DNA of 62,286 bases, filler included, from Stramenopiles sp. TOSAG23-3 (lineage: Eukaryota), in NCBI GenBank assembly GCA_900128585.1. It is 5 parts of 5 records of this genome, joined end to end, with 100 filler letters (N's around TTAATTAATTAA, not from the genome) between each part and the next. Parts side by side here need not be neighbours in the genome. Positions count along the whole stretch, not along the records: positions 1 to 27,871 come from LT642254.1; 4 more parts are not named here. The stretch is one strand, 5' to 3'. Position numbers and translations under genes: made by a program. Shown in pieces: positions 11,701 to 22,238 of this stretch. The notes beneath the pieces are model-generated. The model saw nothing but the letters and a program-made list of their open reading frames with translations, was not told where the DNA came from and did no database searches. Every line of letters begins with the position of its first letter. Positions within the stretch are counted from its first letter, which is position 1.

Positions 11701-12997
11701 GAAAAGGCAAAGAGGGCACAGAAAGATGCCGCGCGCGTTGCTATACCCGCGTTGGTACGTAGCAGGGCGCCATCCCCTAAATCGGAGGGGGGGGGGGTCA
11801 AAAAGCTTCAGTGCAATTTTGGGGCAGCTCGAGAAGCCAGACGACTCAAACACTTTACCGCCATTGAAGGAAAGCAAAGGCCCAAAGTACCGTCACTTTT
11901 CAGCAGAAATAACATCAAGAGAAAGGGTTTTATCCTCTTCTATCGCTCTGCAAACTCCCGACCTAGGACTCTCCCCGTTCTTGCAGGAGCAATTGGGGGC
12001 CACATGGCACCCGCAGACCGAAAAGAAGAGCCCTCGTAATTCTATATTTGGGCAAAGCTTACCAAAGAATCCTCGGCCTCCCATGGTTGGGAGCGCATCC
12101 GCCCCAGAATTGTTGCCACCCGTGGCAGATGCTGAAGAGAAGCCGCAAACTGCAAGTGTAGTAGAGGTTTCAGAGGCAGTAAAAGTTCGTAAAAGGATAC
12201 GTATGCGGAAAACCTTGACCCGTGTCAATTCGATGCTTGCTGAGGCAGAATTGATGGAAAACGTTCACTTGGGATCCAGCGAACAGGACCGTCTGCGCAA
12301 TGTCCATTCCTCAATTTTTGGCGCTCGCGCAAGTGCAGAGATACCGCTGAAGGGAGGGGAAAATGTTCAGCGTGTGAAACATTTTGGGCCATACACAATG
12401 CAAGACGTGCAATCCGTTAGGGCGCTGTTCAATAGTTACGACGATGATGGCTCAGGCTCCATTGACTCGACTGAATTTAAAACGTCCGCAAACATGAAAC
12501 ACCAACACTTGTTTGAGAACGCCGGGAGCATGTTTTCCGCAATTGACAAAGATGGCTCTGGAACTGTAACGTTTCAAGAAATGTGCGAAGCGGTTTTCCC
12601 GAACCTCCCCGAGAGCGTTTACCAAGAGATGCTTGATTACGTCACGAATAACGAAGAATCGCAAAGGAAAAGACGCAATATACAACTCGCCCCCAAACAG
12701 GTAGAAGAAATAAAAGAAATATTTCATCTTTTTGATGTGGACAAATCTGGGGGCATAACGATTGAAGAATTGTACGGGGCTCTAGCAAGTTCTCATGGTT
12801 CCGATACAGAAGAATTTGAAACTTATTTTTCTATGGAAGAATTGCGTAAACTTGTATTGCAATACGACGCGGATGGAAACGAAACTCTAGATATTGACGA
12901 ATTCGTCAACTTGTTTCATGACAATTTCTACGATGATGGCGCTGTTAACGATAGCAGAGACCACTCCTCGGTAGTTGATTCCAATATCCGCTATTGA
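8722..12997 (+). CDS. EF-hand + WD40 + C-terminal EF-hand protein (WDR49/CFAP337-like); one apparent frameshift at G11 run 11787-11797
   Basis: N-terminal DINGDGTVEWEEF, many GH..WD repeats; the overlapping ORF 11726-12997 carries four EF loops (DDDGSG, DKDGSG, DVDKSG, DADGNE); removing one G fuses them. Confidence 0.8.
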
Positions 12998-13021
12998 AAC
13001 AAAACATTTTACTAAGTTATT

Positions 13022-13120
13022 AAAAACAAGAAAATTGGCTGTTATTTAAGTAATTAAAATTAATGTATACTGCGAACTGAATATCTAGATTTAGACATTC
13101 TAGGTTTGCATTCTTTCATG
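13022..13120 (+). repeat. Gene-3'-end element, long copy
   Basis: AAAAACAAGAAAATTGGCTGTTATTTAAGTAATTAAAATTAATGTATACTGCGAACTGAATATCTAGATTTAGACATTCTAGGTTTGCATTCTTTCATG; 24 nt past stop; aligns over ~100 nt with 54906-54998. Confidence 0.92.
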
Positions 13121-13261
13121 AAGTAAAGTTTTTAAGAAAAACTTAGTCCTTGTAGGACAATGAAAACAACGCAGCTCGCAGAAAGGTCCATGAGACGCTT
13201 GTCAAAATGCAAAAAGGATGCGAATAAAAAACTATTAAAGCTTAATCAAAGACTTTTAGTT

Positions 13262-14167
13262 TTAGTTCTCTATCTGCTTTTCGAGTTGCACGACTTTGGC
13301 CTTCAATACAGCCGTTTCTTTCGCTAACTTTGATCTTTGTTTTTGTAAAGCTTTGCACAAGTCTGAAAGTTTAGAATTTTGCTTGGAAGTAGCCGTCTCC
13401 TTCTCCTTTACCAGTCTATTTTCGGCCTCCAAACGTTTTATGATCTTTCCTGATGAGTCCAAGTTGGTCCTGAGCGTTGTGAAAGTCTTGTTGCTCTCAG
13501 CAATTGCCTCGTCAAAGGAATCAAATTTTTCCTTGTAGAAACTAAGCTGTTGAGTTGCCCGAGATTCTGATTGTTGAAGTAGCGCTGACTGCTCTTTGTA
13601 AAGACTCAGCTTCTTCAGATCTTCCTGTATGGCATGGTTTTCCTGCGCTTGTTCGGCCACCAGTAGTTGGCGCTTCAAATCCTCGGCGTGTAACTGCTGC
13701 TTAAAATACTCTTCTCGTTTGTCATACTTTTGTATCAGGCTCTGCAACTGCTTGCGCAGTTCACTGTTTTCTTCGATTTGCTCCCTTCGTTGGTCGGCTT
13801 GGTTATTAATTTGAGTTTGGATGTCTGCTATTGAGGTTTCGAACTTTTTCGACAAAGCTTCCTGCTTGGCACGCTCCTCCCTTTCCGAAGTCTCCTTTGC
13901 TATGCCAAGGAGTTTCTTTTGCTGCTGCAGCGTACGGCAAAGATTTTCAAGTTTTTCCACTTTTCGCTCCAGCGCAGAATTAGTACTTGAAATTGTTTCA
14001 TATCTATTATGAGAAGTTGACAACTTGGATTCCATCCCGCGAATCTTCTGAATTGCATCGGAAAAACAGGATCGCAATTGGTCTAACTTTTTCTGAGGAT
14101 CGGCACCTTCTTGTTGCAGGATTTTCTTCAGTTCAGTCGTGGCATGCTTGCTCAAAGATACCGCCAT
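13262..14167 (-). CDS. Taxilin-family coiled-coil protein
   Basis: KVEKLENLCRTLQ, LSKKFETSIADI, EENSELRKQL..Y.KREEYF, KLSDLCKALQ match the taxilin pattern. Confidence 0.82.
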   Translation of the reverse strand: MAVSLSKHATTELKKILQQEGADPQKKLDQLRSCFSDAIQKIRGMESKLSTSHNRYETISSTNSALERKVEKLENLCRTLQQQKKLLGIAKETSEREERAKQEALSKKFETSIADIQTQINNQADQRREQIEENSELRKQLQSLIQKYDKREEYFKQQLHAEDLKRQLLVAEQAQENHAIQEDLKKLSLYKEQSALLQQSESRATQQLSFYKEKFDSFDEAIAESNKTFTTLRTNLDSSGKIIKRLEAENRLVKEKETATSKQNSKLSDLCKALQKQRSKLAKETAVLKAKVVQLEKQIEN

Positions 14168-15048
14168 GTTGAGAAACGTGTACTGTTTGGTGAAGCAATA
14201 TAAAATTGTCAACGAGGTTTTTTTCAAGAGCTTTGAGGCTTTTTTGAAATTAGTTGGATCGAAACGTTTGTTCCAACAAGGGAAAATATAATTGAAATTC
14301 TTTCAATCGTGTCCGTCGGGGAACATTTTTTTTGAAAAAGAGAAGAAAGGTGGAGAGAAGAAGAAGCTCTTATAGTAAGGTATTTTATGTATACACAATG
14401 CGCAATAATATTTTGTGTGCAGAGAATAAATTTTCTTATTATAGATTATAAATATATATACAAAGTTATATAATAATAAAATGAAGAACTGATAAATAAA
14501 AGAATGATGAAACTATATACCTTAAGTTTTGAATAGAATACACACAATCTCTTGCCGCGAAAAGGACAGGTCCAGCAATTTGCCTTGATTTCCTGTGTTG
14601 TGTTGATGTTATTTTATTAATAAATATAAACCTCCACCATCCCCCCGCGCCCCGTTGCTGCTGCCTGTGCTATGTAGGAATAATAATAATAAAATAATAA
14701 TAATAATAAATAGAAGAAATAAAAATGATGATTATTGTACCGCCTTTCACGGAATTCTCCTTTTAGACTATACTACCAACCACAAGTATATAATAAAAAT
14801 CATCAAATGCGAAGGGTTGTTTGAAGCGAGCAAAAAACAAACAATTGTGAAAATGCAAAGGGAAGCAAATGTATACGTTAATCAAACGGATCTCCTGATT
14901 TTTTCACTCTATCCCTACTCCCCCTTCTTACATTAAAGCTATCTTCACCTCAGTGGTACAATTCATAGAAGAAGCATATTGTTAGCAATAGTTTAGTGTT
15001 GTTGGGAGAAAGTTTTTAGTCCGTCCGTCCGGTGCTAGGGGGTGGGGA

Positions 15049-16326
15049 ATGGACGCCTCGGACTTTGAAAATACCCTTAGGGAGAAACTTGTTAACCTTG
15101 AGCTGACCCAGGGTTCCATTAGCGATGCGTCAAATTTTATGAAGCAGCAGTCCCAGAATATCCAAATTCAGCGGAAAGTGTTTCGTGAGACCTTAGCGAA
15201 ATTTGATATCAATAAAAAAATGACTTCCGTTTACCTATTGAACGACGTGATCCAGAACACCAAGAAGTCACACGGGGACTTATTTTCTCAGGCTTTTTCC
15301 AAGCTGATTGACCGCACATTTCGTAATTTTGCGGGTCACGCAGCGGCAGTGGAGAAGATGAATCGGGTGTGCTCGATATGGGCGGAGCGAAATTGTTTTA
15401 GCCCGGACAAAATTTCATCGTTTTTTGCAATATTGTCGGGGGCAAGTAGCGAGACCCTAGAAGAACAGCCCCTGCCTCCTCTTCTCGAATTGCAAAGTGA
15501 CTCCGAAACAAAGAAACACGGACTGCTGCCCGTTCTCAAATCCTTAGAGGAGTCGGGGACAAATTCGAGCCTGGAGGAAAACCGCATGAAGCTGTTACGA
15601 GACAACATTGTATCTTTGATGGAACAAACAGAATCAGAGCAAGAAGCCAGCGTTCTCGGCCGAGAAGAAGAAGATTCTTCGAAAGACGAGGATTTTGTCA
15701 CCGAACATATTTACATGAATTATGAGAAAAATTTTGATAGCCTAGAAAAATATGAAGCGCGCCTTAAGCACGAAAGGAAGATACGGAAAATACTGATAAA
15801 AAAGTTAAAGGACGAGGCTGAGAAGCAGCGCAGTAGTTTGAATGCAGACATCGACTTAGGGCTTCAAGCGAACTTGGACTTAGCTGATCGATCTTCAAAT
15901 GCTTGGGATGTCGTGTGCAAATTTGAACAGTCCATAAACGCACAATCAGTAAATGGGATGCATCCTGGTTTTGCGCCCACTGCGAACATGTCTTACCCAC
16001 CCGTACCGGTAGACCCCCGGTTCGCTTCTGCCAGTTCCTGGAATGGCACGGGCGGTCCAAAGCGAACTCGGGTAGATGACCGATCTTGGGTGTCAGGCGC
16101 TTACCCTAACAAACGTCAAAATATAGGGAACAATGCTGGGGTTGCCCCTCCACCCCCCTATAGAACCCCCCCCCCTGTTGCATTTGGAAGGCCCCCATTT
16201 CCAGTTGGCAGAGGGCCACCACCACCAATGGGCAGAGGACCTCCGCCGTCAATGGGCAGAGGACCACAACGCCCGGGTGGAAGGGGAAGGGGAAGGCAGC
16301 TGCCTGCATGGATGACGCAAGGATGA
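15049..16326 (+). CDS. CTD-interacting-domain protein (RPRD/Rtt103-like)
   Basis: TQGSISDAS, VYLLNDVIQN, RVCSIWAERNCF CID motifs; Pro/RG-rich tail ending LPAWMT. Confidence 0.82.
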   Translation: MDASDFENTLREKLVNLELTQGSISDASNFMKQQSQNIQIQRKVFRETLAKFDINKKMTSVYLLNDVIQNTKKSHGDLFSQAFSKLIDRTFRNFAGHAAAVEKMNRVCSIWAERNCFSPDKISSFFAILSGASSETLEEQPLPPLLELQSDSETKKHGLLPVLKSLEESGTNSSLEENRMKLLRDNIVSLMEQTESEQEASVLGREEEDSSKDEDFVTEHIYMNYEKNFDSLEKYEARLKHERKIRKILIKKLKDEAEKQRSSLNADIDLGLQANLDLADRSSNAWDVVCKFEQSINAQSVNGMHPGFAPTANMSYPPVPVDPRFASASSWNGTGGPKRTRVDDRSWVSGAYPNKRQNIGNNAGVAPPPPYRTPPPVAFGRPPFPVGRGPPPPMGRGPPPSMGRGPQRPGGRGRGRQLPAWMTQG

Positions 16327-16442
16327 CAGCGATTGTCATTTTAGACGTATGATAAAAGATTCCCTTGACGCAATTAATAGAACGACAGCAAATCAAGCTT
16401 GCGGAAGAAAAATCGTAAAGTTAAGTTTAACACACATGCATT

Positions 16443-16475
16443 AAAAACAAAGTAATGGCTGTTATTTAAGTAATT
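16443..16475 (+). repeat. Gene-3'-end element (slightly diverged)
   Basis: AAAAACAAAGTAATGGCTGTTATTTAAGTAATT; 116 nt past the CID gene stop. Confidence 0.8.
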
Positions 16476-16831
16476 ATCTCTGCTCCTGTGATTTTACTGC
16501 GTGTACTTCGTACTTAGTCATTCAACAAAATACTCTTTTGTCACTTAGTCTTTGATATGCATTACTATTTGTTTTTTTTCATTTCCCCATGACCCACAAT
16601 CAACTTCCTCATCCGGTGTAAAACTTTACATTCATTGCGAGGAGGGATGAATTGGGAGAAATTTCAGAAGTCATTTTGAAAGAATAATATTTAAAACTTT
16701 AGATTTAATATCTAAATAACAGGCACATACTTTGTGTATTTTAGTTTTAAATTACACGTACCAAAAATCATTTTAATAAATGGACTTTTTAGGGACGGAC
16801 GTACTGTGATGGACATGCATTTTTCTTCTTC

Positions 16832-17230
16832 TTAGGGACCAGCTTCCATCTGATGAATATTTTGTGCCCACTTGCTGAACGTTTTGTACCCGTCCCCAAA
16901 TTGTTGTGGTGCCTTAAAGAGAAAAACGACAAATCCCCACGAAAATCTCTCGAATGTCACTTGAAATTGTCTGCTACTGGAAACGGCTGAAATGCGTGCA
17001 TCCACCACACTAACCACTCTAAATTTCTTGCCGAAGAAGTTAAAGCAAAAATGTGAAGATTCCAAAAGATACGGGTTGCTGCTTGCAAATATTTGTTTAG
17101 CAATCTGCACTACACGCTCTTCTAACTGGACCCCATGGAGTTCCCCATACGCTTCAACAATCCGCCCTTGACCCCGGGAAAATGCCAGAGCCCCCTCTAT
17201 TCCACTGTGCACCTCCACCCAGTCTAACAT
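16832..17230 (-). CDS. Small protein, possibly divergent profilin-like fold
   Basis: GALAF..G, FNFFGKKFRVV, FVVFLFKAPQQFG spacing resembles profilins; weak by-eye match. Confidence 0.5.
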   Translation of the reverse strand: MLDWVEVHSGIEGALAFSRGQGRIVEAYGELHGVQLEERVVQIAKQIFASSNPYLLESSHFCFNFFGKKFRVVSVVDARISAVSSSRQFQVTFERFSWGFVVFLFKAPQQFGDGYKTFSKWAQNIHQMEAGP

Positions 17231-17546
17231 AATACTTTTTTGGCGGCGGACGTCGATGTGCGACGTGAACGATCTCGACCTGTCCAAATAAAATGGTCTT
17301 ATCTTATATATATAATACTATATGCTAACAGTTATAATCGATATAACAAACATCTTTTTAGCTTGAGAAAGAAAACGTAAGTTGGGCAAGAGAATGTATA
17401 CCTGTTTCGTTTCTTTGAAAACAATTCACTCTTCTTTCTTCCCTTTATCACAAAACGAACGAAGGGGATGTTATATTTTTTATATGATGTTACATAGTAA
17501 AACCAACAACAACCAACAACAACAAAATCAAAATTCAAACAACGAA

Positions 17547-17740
17547 CAGAAGAAGAAGAAGAAGAAGAAGAAGTAAAAGAAGAAGAAGAAGAAGAAGAAG
17601 AAGAAGAAGAAGAAGAAGAAGAAGAAGAAGAAGAAGAAGAAGAAGAAGAAGANNNNNNNNNNAGAAGAAGAAGAAGAAGAAGAAAGAAGAAGAAGAAGAA
17701 GAAGAAGAAGAAGAAGAAGAAGAAGAAGAAGAAGAAGAAG
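17547..17740. repeat. (GAA)n microsatellite with internal N gap
   Basis: Direct inspection. Confidence 0.95.
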
Positions 17741-18169
17741 ACAAAAGAACCCAATTAATTCAAGGCAGGTACTGTACAGGTGTAAAGGACGGTAAGGAAC
17801 CAGGTATAATTAATATATAAATACGAAGTCTAACTTGGTACAGGTACCGTAAAGGTACGGTACCTGTATTAATACCTGTACCGGGTAAAAGGGCGCACAC
17901 GACAAAGACTCTAACAACTCTAATAATAACATTAAAAAAAAAATAATAACCTTGCGCTTCCATTCTCCTCTGTTACCTACCCCTCCCTGTATCCAACCGG
18001 ACGCGGAAGATGCGTTGGTAGCTTTCGTGGCATGCAATGAGCTAAATGAGCACGGTCAGCGAGGGCATCTTGAAGGTCGTATCCAGGGACAACTATGGTC
18101 TTTTCCATCGGAATAGGAGTGTTATCCATGGCCGACTCCACGAGACCAAAGGGAAGTTTTCGAAGCCCA

Positions 18170-19846
18170 ATGAATACGTTTTTTGCCACTCTCTTCCTGT
18201 TCTTTTCCTCGGGACACGGATCGTCAGTTCATTTGTCCTTTCAACAGAGCCCGTCGTCGAAACCAGTGTCTTCTAACTTTGCATCGCTATCCATGGAATG
18301 GACTCGCGTTCAAAAAATAACTACTGAGCCATCGTTTCTACGAGTGCTGTCTCATTTGCACCATCCCGGCAAAATAGGGCCGAATTTAAGAATTGGCGGG
18401 AATTCGGCGGACCTCTCTTGGTTGGATGAAAGCGGCCACAAGAACAAGTCAGCGTCCTGCAAGTATTCGTGGAGTGGCAAACAATGTGTCACACATGGTA
18501 TCACGATAAATGATATCGCTTCTGCGTGGCATGCAGCGAATGCACTGAATGGTACTGTCACATACGACTTGAGTTTCGTGCAGAACAAGTCAACGGACTG
18601 GGCGGCTGAGGAGATTGCAGCCATCAAAAACATTACTCAGTATGATCATGTTGAAGCAGTGGAGATTGGCAATGAGCCTGATTTGTTCGGTGGGGCATTT
18701 CGGTCACCATCCTATTCTCCAGACGACTACGAGCGAGAGTGGACCATGTACGAAAGTTCGTTATCGAATGAGTGGCCTACAACTCCTTTTGTTCAGGGTG
18801 GGACATTCTGTTGCGTGGGCAAATTTCAAGAATACCAACCTAAATTCTTGAAAAAGCACGCATCACGCTTGAAAACTTGGTCATACCACCATTATCCAAC
18901 ATCAACATGCAATGGTGGGATATCGACAATACCTCAATTGATGAGCGTGGCTTCTTCTGATTGGCAAGCATATTCTGTCCGCAAATGGGTGGAAACGGCA
19001 CAATCTGTTAATATCCCTTTCTTGCTAGGAGAAGCGAATTCCGCCTCGTGTGGGGGTCAAGAAGGGGTCTCGAATACCCTGGCGTCTGCTTTGTGGGCAA
19101 TTGATTTTATGATGGGGATGGCGTATATGAATGTCTCCCGAATAAATTTTCATGGCGGTGGCAACGGAGCGTACACGTGGCTCGGAGACGCTCATCAAGA
19201 TGGCTCACCAGATGTGCGGCCACTCTTTTATGGTATGTACTTCTTTTCCGAAAGTACAAAAGGGGAAGATTCCCGGCTGGCACCGTTGATTAGTAATCGC
19301 GTTCTGAAGGGGAAATGTGAAACGGGCCTTTTCGACAGCTCCAAATCGGTCTGTTGCAGCAGTGCCTGTGGTAAATGCGGTGGCGAAGGGTGTGCAGAGT
19401 TTCCCGGTGGAGTAGACTTGTGTTGCACGGGTAAAATCATCTCCAGAGGCAACATTTGCAACCTCAGTTCCGACGTTGGTTGCATCTTGAAAGACGCCAC
19501 GGAACCGTTGATCAAAGGATGGGGAGTCCAGTCTGGGACCAATGAAGAACGCATTATAGTTATAAACAAGGATTACCGTGCCGCTTCAACCGAAACAACG
19601 ATTGTGTTCCAGTCATCTTATCCCTGCCGGCAAGGGCGACTCGAGCGACTACGCTTAAGTGGCAGTGAACAAGGGAATTTCAGCGCTAAATATGGATTGG
19701 AATATGCGGGCCAGACATGGGATGGCTCGAAGATGGGTGAGTTAGTCGGGGAGAAGTCTTGGGAAGAGGTTCACTGCACACCGGGCCAAGAGTACACATT
19801 CCACGTGCAGCCAGGCACGGCAGCAATGTTGAAAGTTTACGATTAA
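18170..19846 (+). CDS. Secreted GH79 glycoside hydrolase (beta-glucuronidase/heparanase-like) with Cys-rich insert
   Basis: LRIGGNSAD, EIGNEPD (acid/base Glu), LGEANS..CGG.EGVSNT..SALWAID (nucleophile), VRPLFYG; signal-peptide-like MNTFFATLFLFF (upstream ATGs at 18095 and 18128 also possible). Confidence 0.88.
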   Translation: MNTFFATLFLFFSSGHGSSVHLSFQQSPSSKPVSSNFASLSMEWTRVQKITTEPSFLRVLSHLHHPGKIGPNLRIGGNSADLSWLDESGHKNKSASCKYSWSGKQCVTHGITINDIASAWHAANALNGTVTYDLSFVQNKSTDWAAEEIAAIKNITQYDHVEAVEIGNEPDLFGGAFRSPSYSPDDYEREWTMYESSLSNEWPTTPFVQGGTFCCVGKFQEYQPKFLKKHASRLKTWSYHHYPTSTCNGGISTIPQLMSVASSDWQAYSVRKWVETAQSVNIPFLLGEANSASCGGQEGVSNTLASALWAIDFMMGMAYMNVSRINFHGGGNGAYTWLGDAHQDGSPDVRPLFYGMYFFSESTKGEDSRLAPLISNRVLKGKCETGLFDSSKSVCCSSACGKCGGEGCAEFPGGVDLCCTGKIISRGNICNLSSDVGCILKDATEPLIKGWGVQSGTNEERIIVINKDYRAASTETTIVFQSSYPCRQGRLERLRLSGSEQGNFSAKYGLEYAGQTWDGSKMGELVGEKSWEEVHCTPGQEYTFHVQPGTAAMLKVYD

Positions 19847-20524
19847 ATGCAGCCGGGCCTGACTGTTCTCTTTAATGGTATTCCATGTATGGTTGAATAG
19901 ACCCCATTTATATGAGAACAGCAGATCTCATATTAACATTCAATACCATTGAACATTTTGTTGTACCAGTTGTACATTTAGAGAACTATACATTTATATA
20001 TAGTTTTATTGACTCTCTCTCTCTCTATCTAATCTCCGTTCCTTCCTACCCTTTCTTCCTTCAAAATATATTATTATTATATATTTACAAGCCAAACCAT
20101 CAGTTAAAAACTCGAATTGCTTGTTAGCAGTTACTTTTTATTTACTTCACACCATCCCATAATGAGGAGAGTGAGTACATAGTGTGTTGTGTTATTAATA
20201 ACTATAATAATATTACTGTAATTATTTTATTATTAGTCCTAATAATACCAAGTTAGGCTACTCTACACTTTGGCTGTTTTTTATTATTATTATTAATAAA
20301 AATCAACAATTATATAATAAAATAACAAACGTAGTGTGATAAAAGGAATGGGATACACAGGAACTTCCTCCATTTGTATATATTGGCAACCATCAGAGCA
20401 AGACGTGAATAGGGTATTAACTCTCTGCGGGAAAGAACGCGACAACGGTACGCTTTCCAGCAATCAAATTTTTGCCCTTCTGAACCACGCACGATAGAGG
20501 ACAAAGAGGGGCATTTCGGCAAGA

Positions 20525-21916
20525 ATGAAAAGCTCGACTCACGGCGGGAGCCTAGTAGAACGACTGCAGGCCCAAGGGGACAGTTATATGCTAAAGATTG
20601 AAGAACAGCGGCAACGGCTGTTAAGATTGGAAGAAAAAGCTGTGGAAATGACTCTGAAAGAGGAAACACAGAAGAGAGAAAACCTGCAGGTTTCCCCAAA
20701 GCATTCTCCACGGTCCGTGGCCAGACGAGTGAAAGCACAGGAAGACCGTTTGGTTATGCTCACCCAGGCGCTAAGCAACATACACTCGACTAATGCCCAG
20801 CTTCAACAGACCATAAATAGCCGTCGACTGGAGAGACATTTGCTTGTAAAATTTGTGAACAAGCAAGACACGGAGCTTTGGACACACAAACAAAATCTGG
20901 ACGAACTGTTGAAGTTGATTGAAAACCAGGGCGTTTTGAACGACAAAGTGAAAGCAACGATCGAAGAAGTAAAGGAAATACTTAAAGAAGAAGAGGACAA
21001 GCACAAGAGTCAGGTAAAAACACTTGTCAAGTCTATTGATGAAGATCTCTTGGCAGCCAGAAATGCAAAAATTACATTGGAGAAACGAAGGAAGCAAGGC
21101 ATGCTTTCGAACGAGGTCGAAAACACGCTGAAAGAAGCGAACAAGGTGATAAAGGCTAAAGAAACAAAAATAAAGCGGAGGATTTCTATAGGCGCTTGGA
21201 AAATTGCAAAACAGCGTGCCCAGCTTAAATTGTCGTCCGCTCGCATTAAGAGATACGAGACTGCGTTCTTGAAAATTCTTTCTTCAAAAGGGTTTACCGA
21301 TACGAACGAATTAGTTAACACATTTGTCAGGGTTCAGAAAGAGAATTTTGTCTTAGTCGAGGCCCTTAATAATTTAAACACGAGAGTAGAAGATTGCAAT
21401 GCAGAAATCCAAGGCTTGTGGAAAGAGATAGATGGCCGGCGAGTGATTACCACACAGGCGGAGAGCGCCAACCAGAGGATAGTTCGAGAAATCGAGGAAA
21501 AAATTCTTGGAACACAACATCGATGGAGTCAGTATAATAAACATTATAAAGGATACGAGCAAGTGGTGAAAGAGCTGAAAGTTCTCGTCCCTCCACTCAT
21601 GTCCGCGTTAGGGATTTTGAATGGAGAAACCACAAAACCAACCTCGGAGTGGACCGATAGCGAGCTGATGCGGGCGGTAGCAACCATTGAGCGCCGGTGC
21701 GGTGAAATAATGGAACTATATTCAAGTTTATATTTAGGCGATTTACATTTGGACGACACCCTTCTAAGTCATCTTCAGAAAAATGCAAAGAAAAAACAGA
21801 TTTTGACCAAGCAGGAACTTATTAATTTAGAAAGGCAAATAACGTCAGAGAATGTTCCAACACATTATCTCTCGAGAGGGGAAATAGAGAAAGAACTGAA
21901 CAACAAACTTTTTTAA
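20525..21916 (+). CDS. Outer dynein arm docking complex-like coiled-coil protein (ODA1/CCDC114/CCDC63 type)
   Basis: N..L.QTINSRRLER, YETAF.KI, ELVNTFVRVQKENFVLVEALNNLN pattern. Confidence 0.7.
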   Translation: MKSSTHGGSLVERLQAQGDSYMLKIEEQRQRLLRLEEKAVEMTLKEETQKRENLQVSPKHSPRSVARRVKAQEDRLVMLTQALSNIHSTNAQLQQTINSRRLERHLLVKFVNKQDTELWTHKQNLDELLKLIENQGVLNDKVKATIEEVKEILKEEEDKHKSQVKTLVKSIDEDLLAARNAKITLEKRRKQGMLSNEVENTLKEANKVIKAKETKIKRRISIGAWKIAKQRAQLKLSSARIKRYETAFLKILSSKGFTDTNELVNTFVRVQKENFVLVEALNNLNTRVEDCNAEIQGLWKEIDGRRVITTQAESANQRIVREIEEKILGTQHRWSQYNKHYKGYEQVVKELKVLVPPLMSALGILNGETTKPTSEWTDSELMRAVATIERRCGEIMELYSSLYLGDLHLDDTLLSHLQKNAKKKQILTKQELINLERQITSENVPTHYLSRGEIEKELNNKLF

Positions 21917-22238
21917 GAACAAAAATCTGTTATTTAAGCTTAATTCGTATCACTAGTACAAAGTACAGGCATTTAAAAATTTATAATAGTAAATAAAATA
22001 TTAAAAGAAAAAAGGGGGGTGTCAGTTCAAGAGCAATACCTCCTCCTATATTTGCAGATCCTTCCCAACTTCTGGGGTAAAGTAACCTCCAATTGGCTAA
22101 TAGACAGCGGCGTAAATGTTTTAAAGGTGTTCGTTTTCTGTTGTATTGCTCTTATGAAAGAATGATCGGTAATGAGTTTGAACTTTAAGATCCTTCCCAA
22201 GTTCTGGTCAAAAATCCGATTCACTTGTAAACAGCAAA

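Noticed and set aside
17977-18129. Possible upstream exon (MDNTPIP...GYREG, GTAGGT donor) spliced in frame to the profilin-like ORF
   Set aside because: Would need a ~700-nt intron and leave ~40 nt for a bidirectional promoter; more simply the GH79 5' UTR. Not testable without RNA data.
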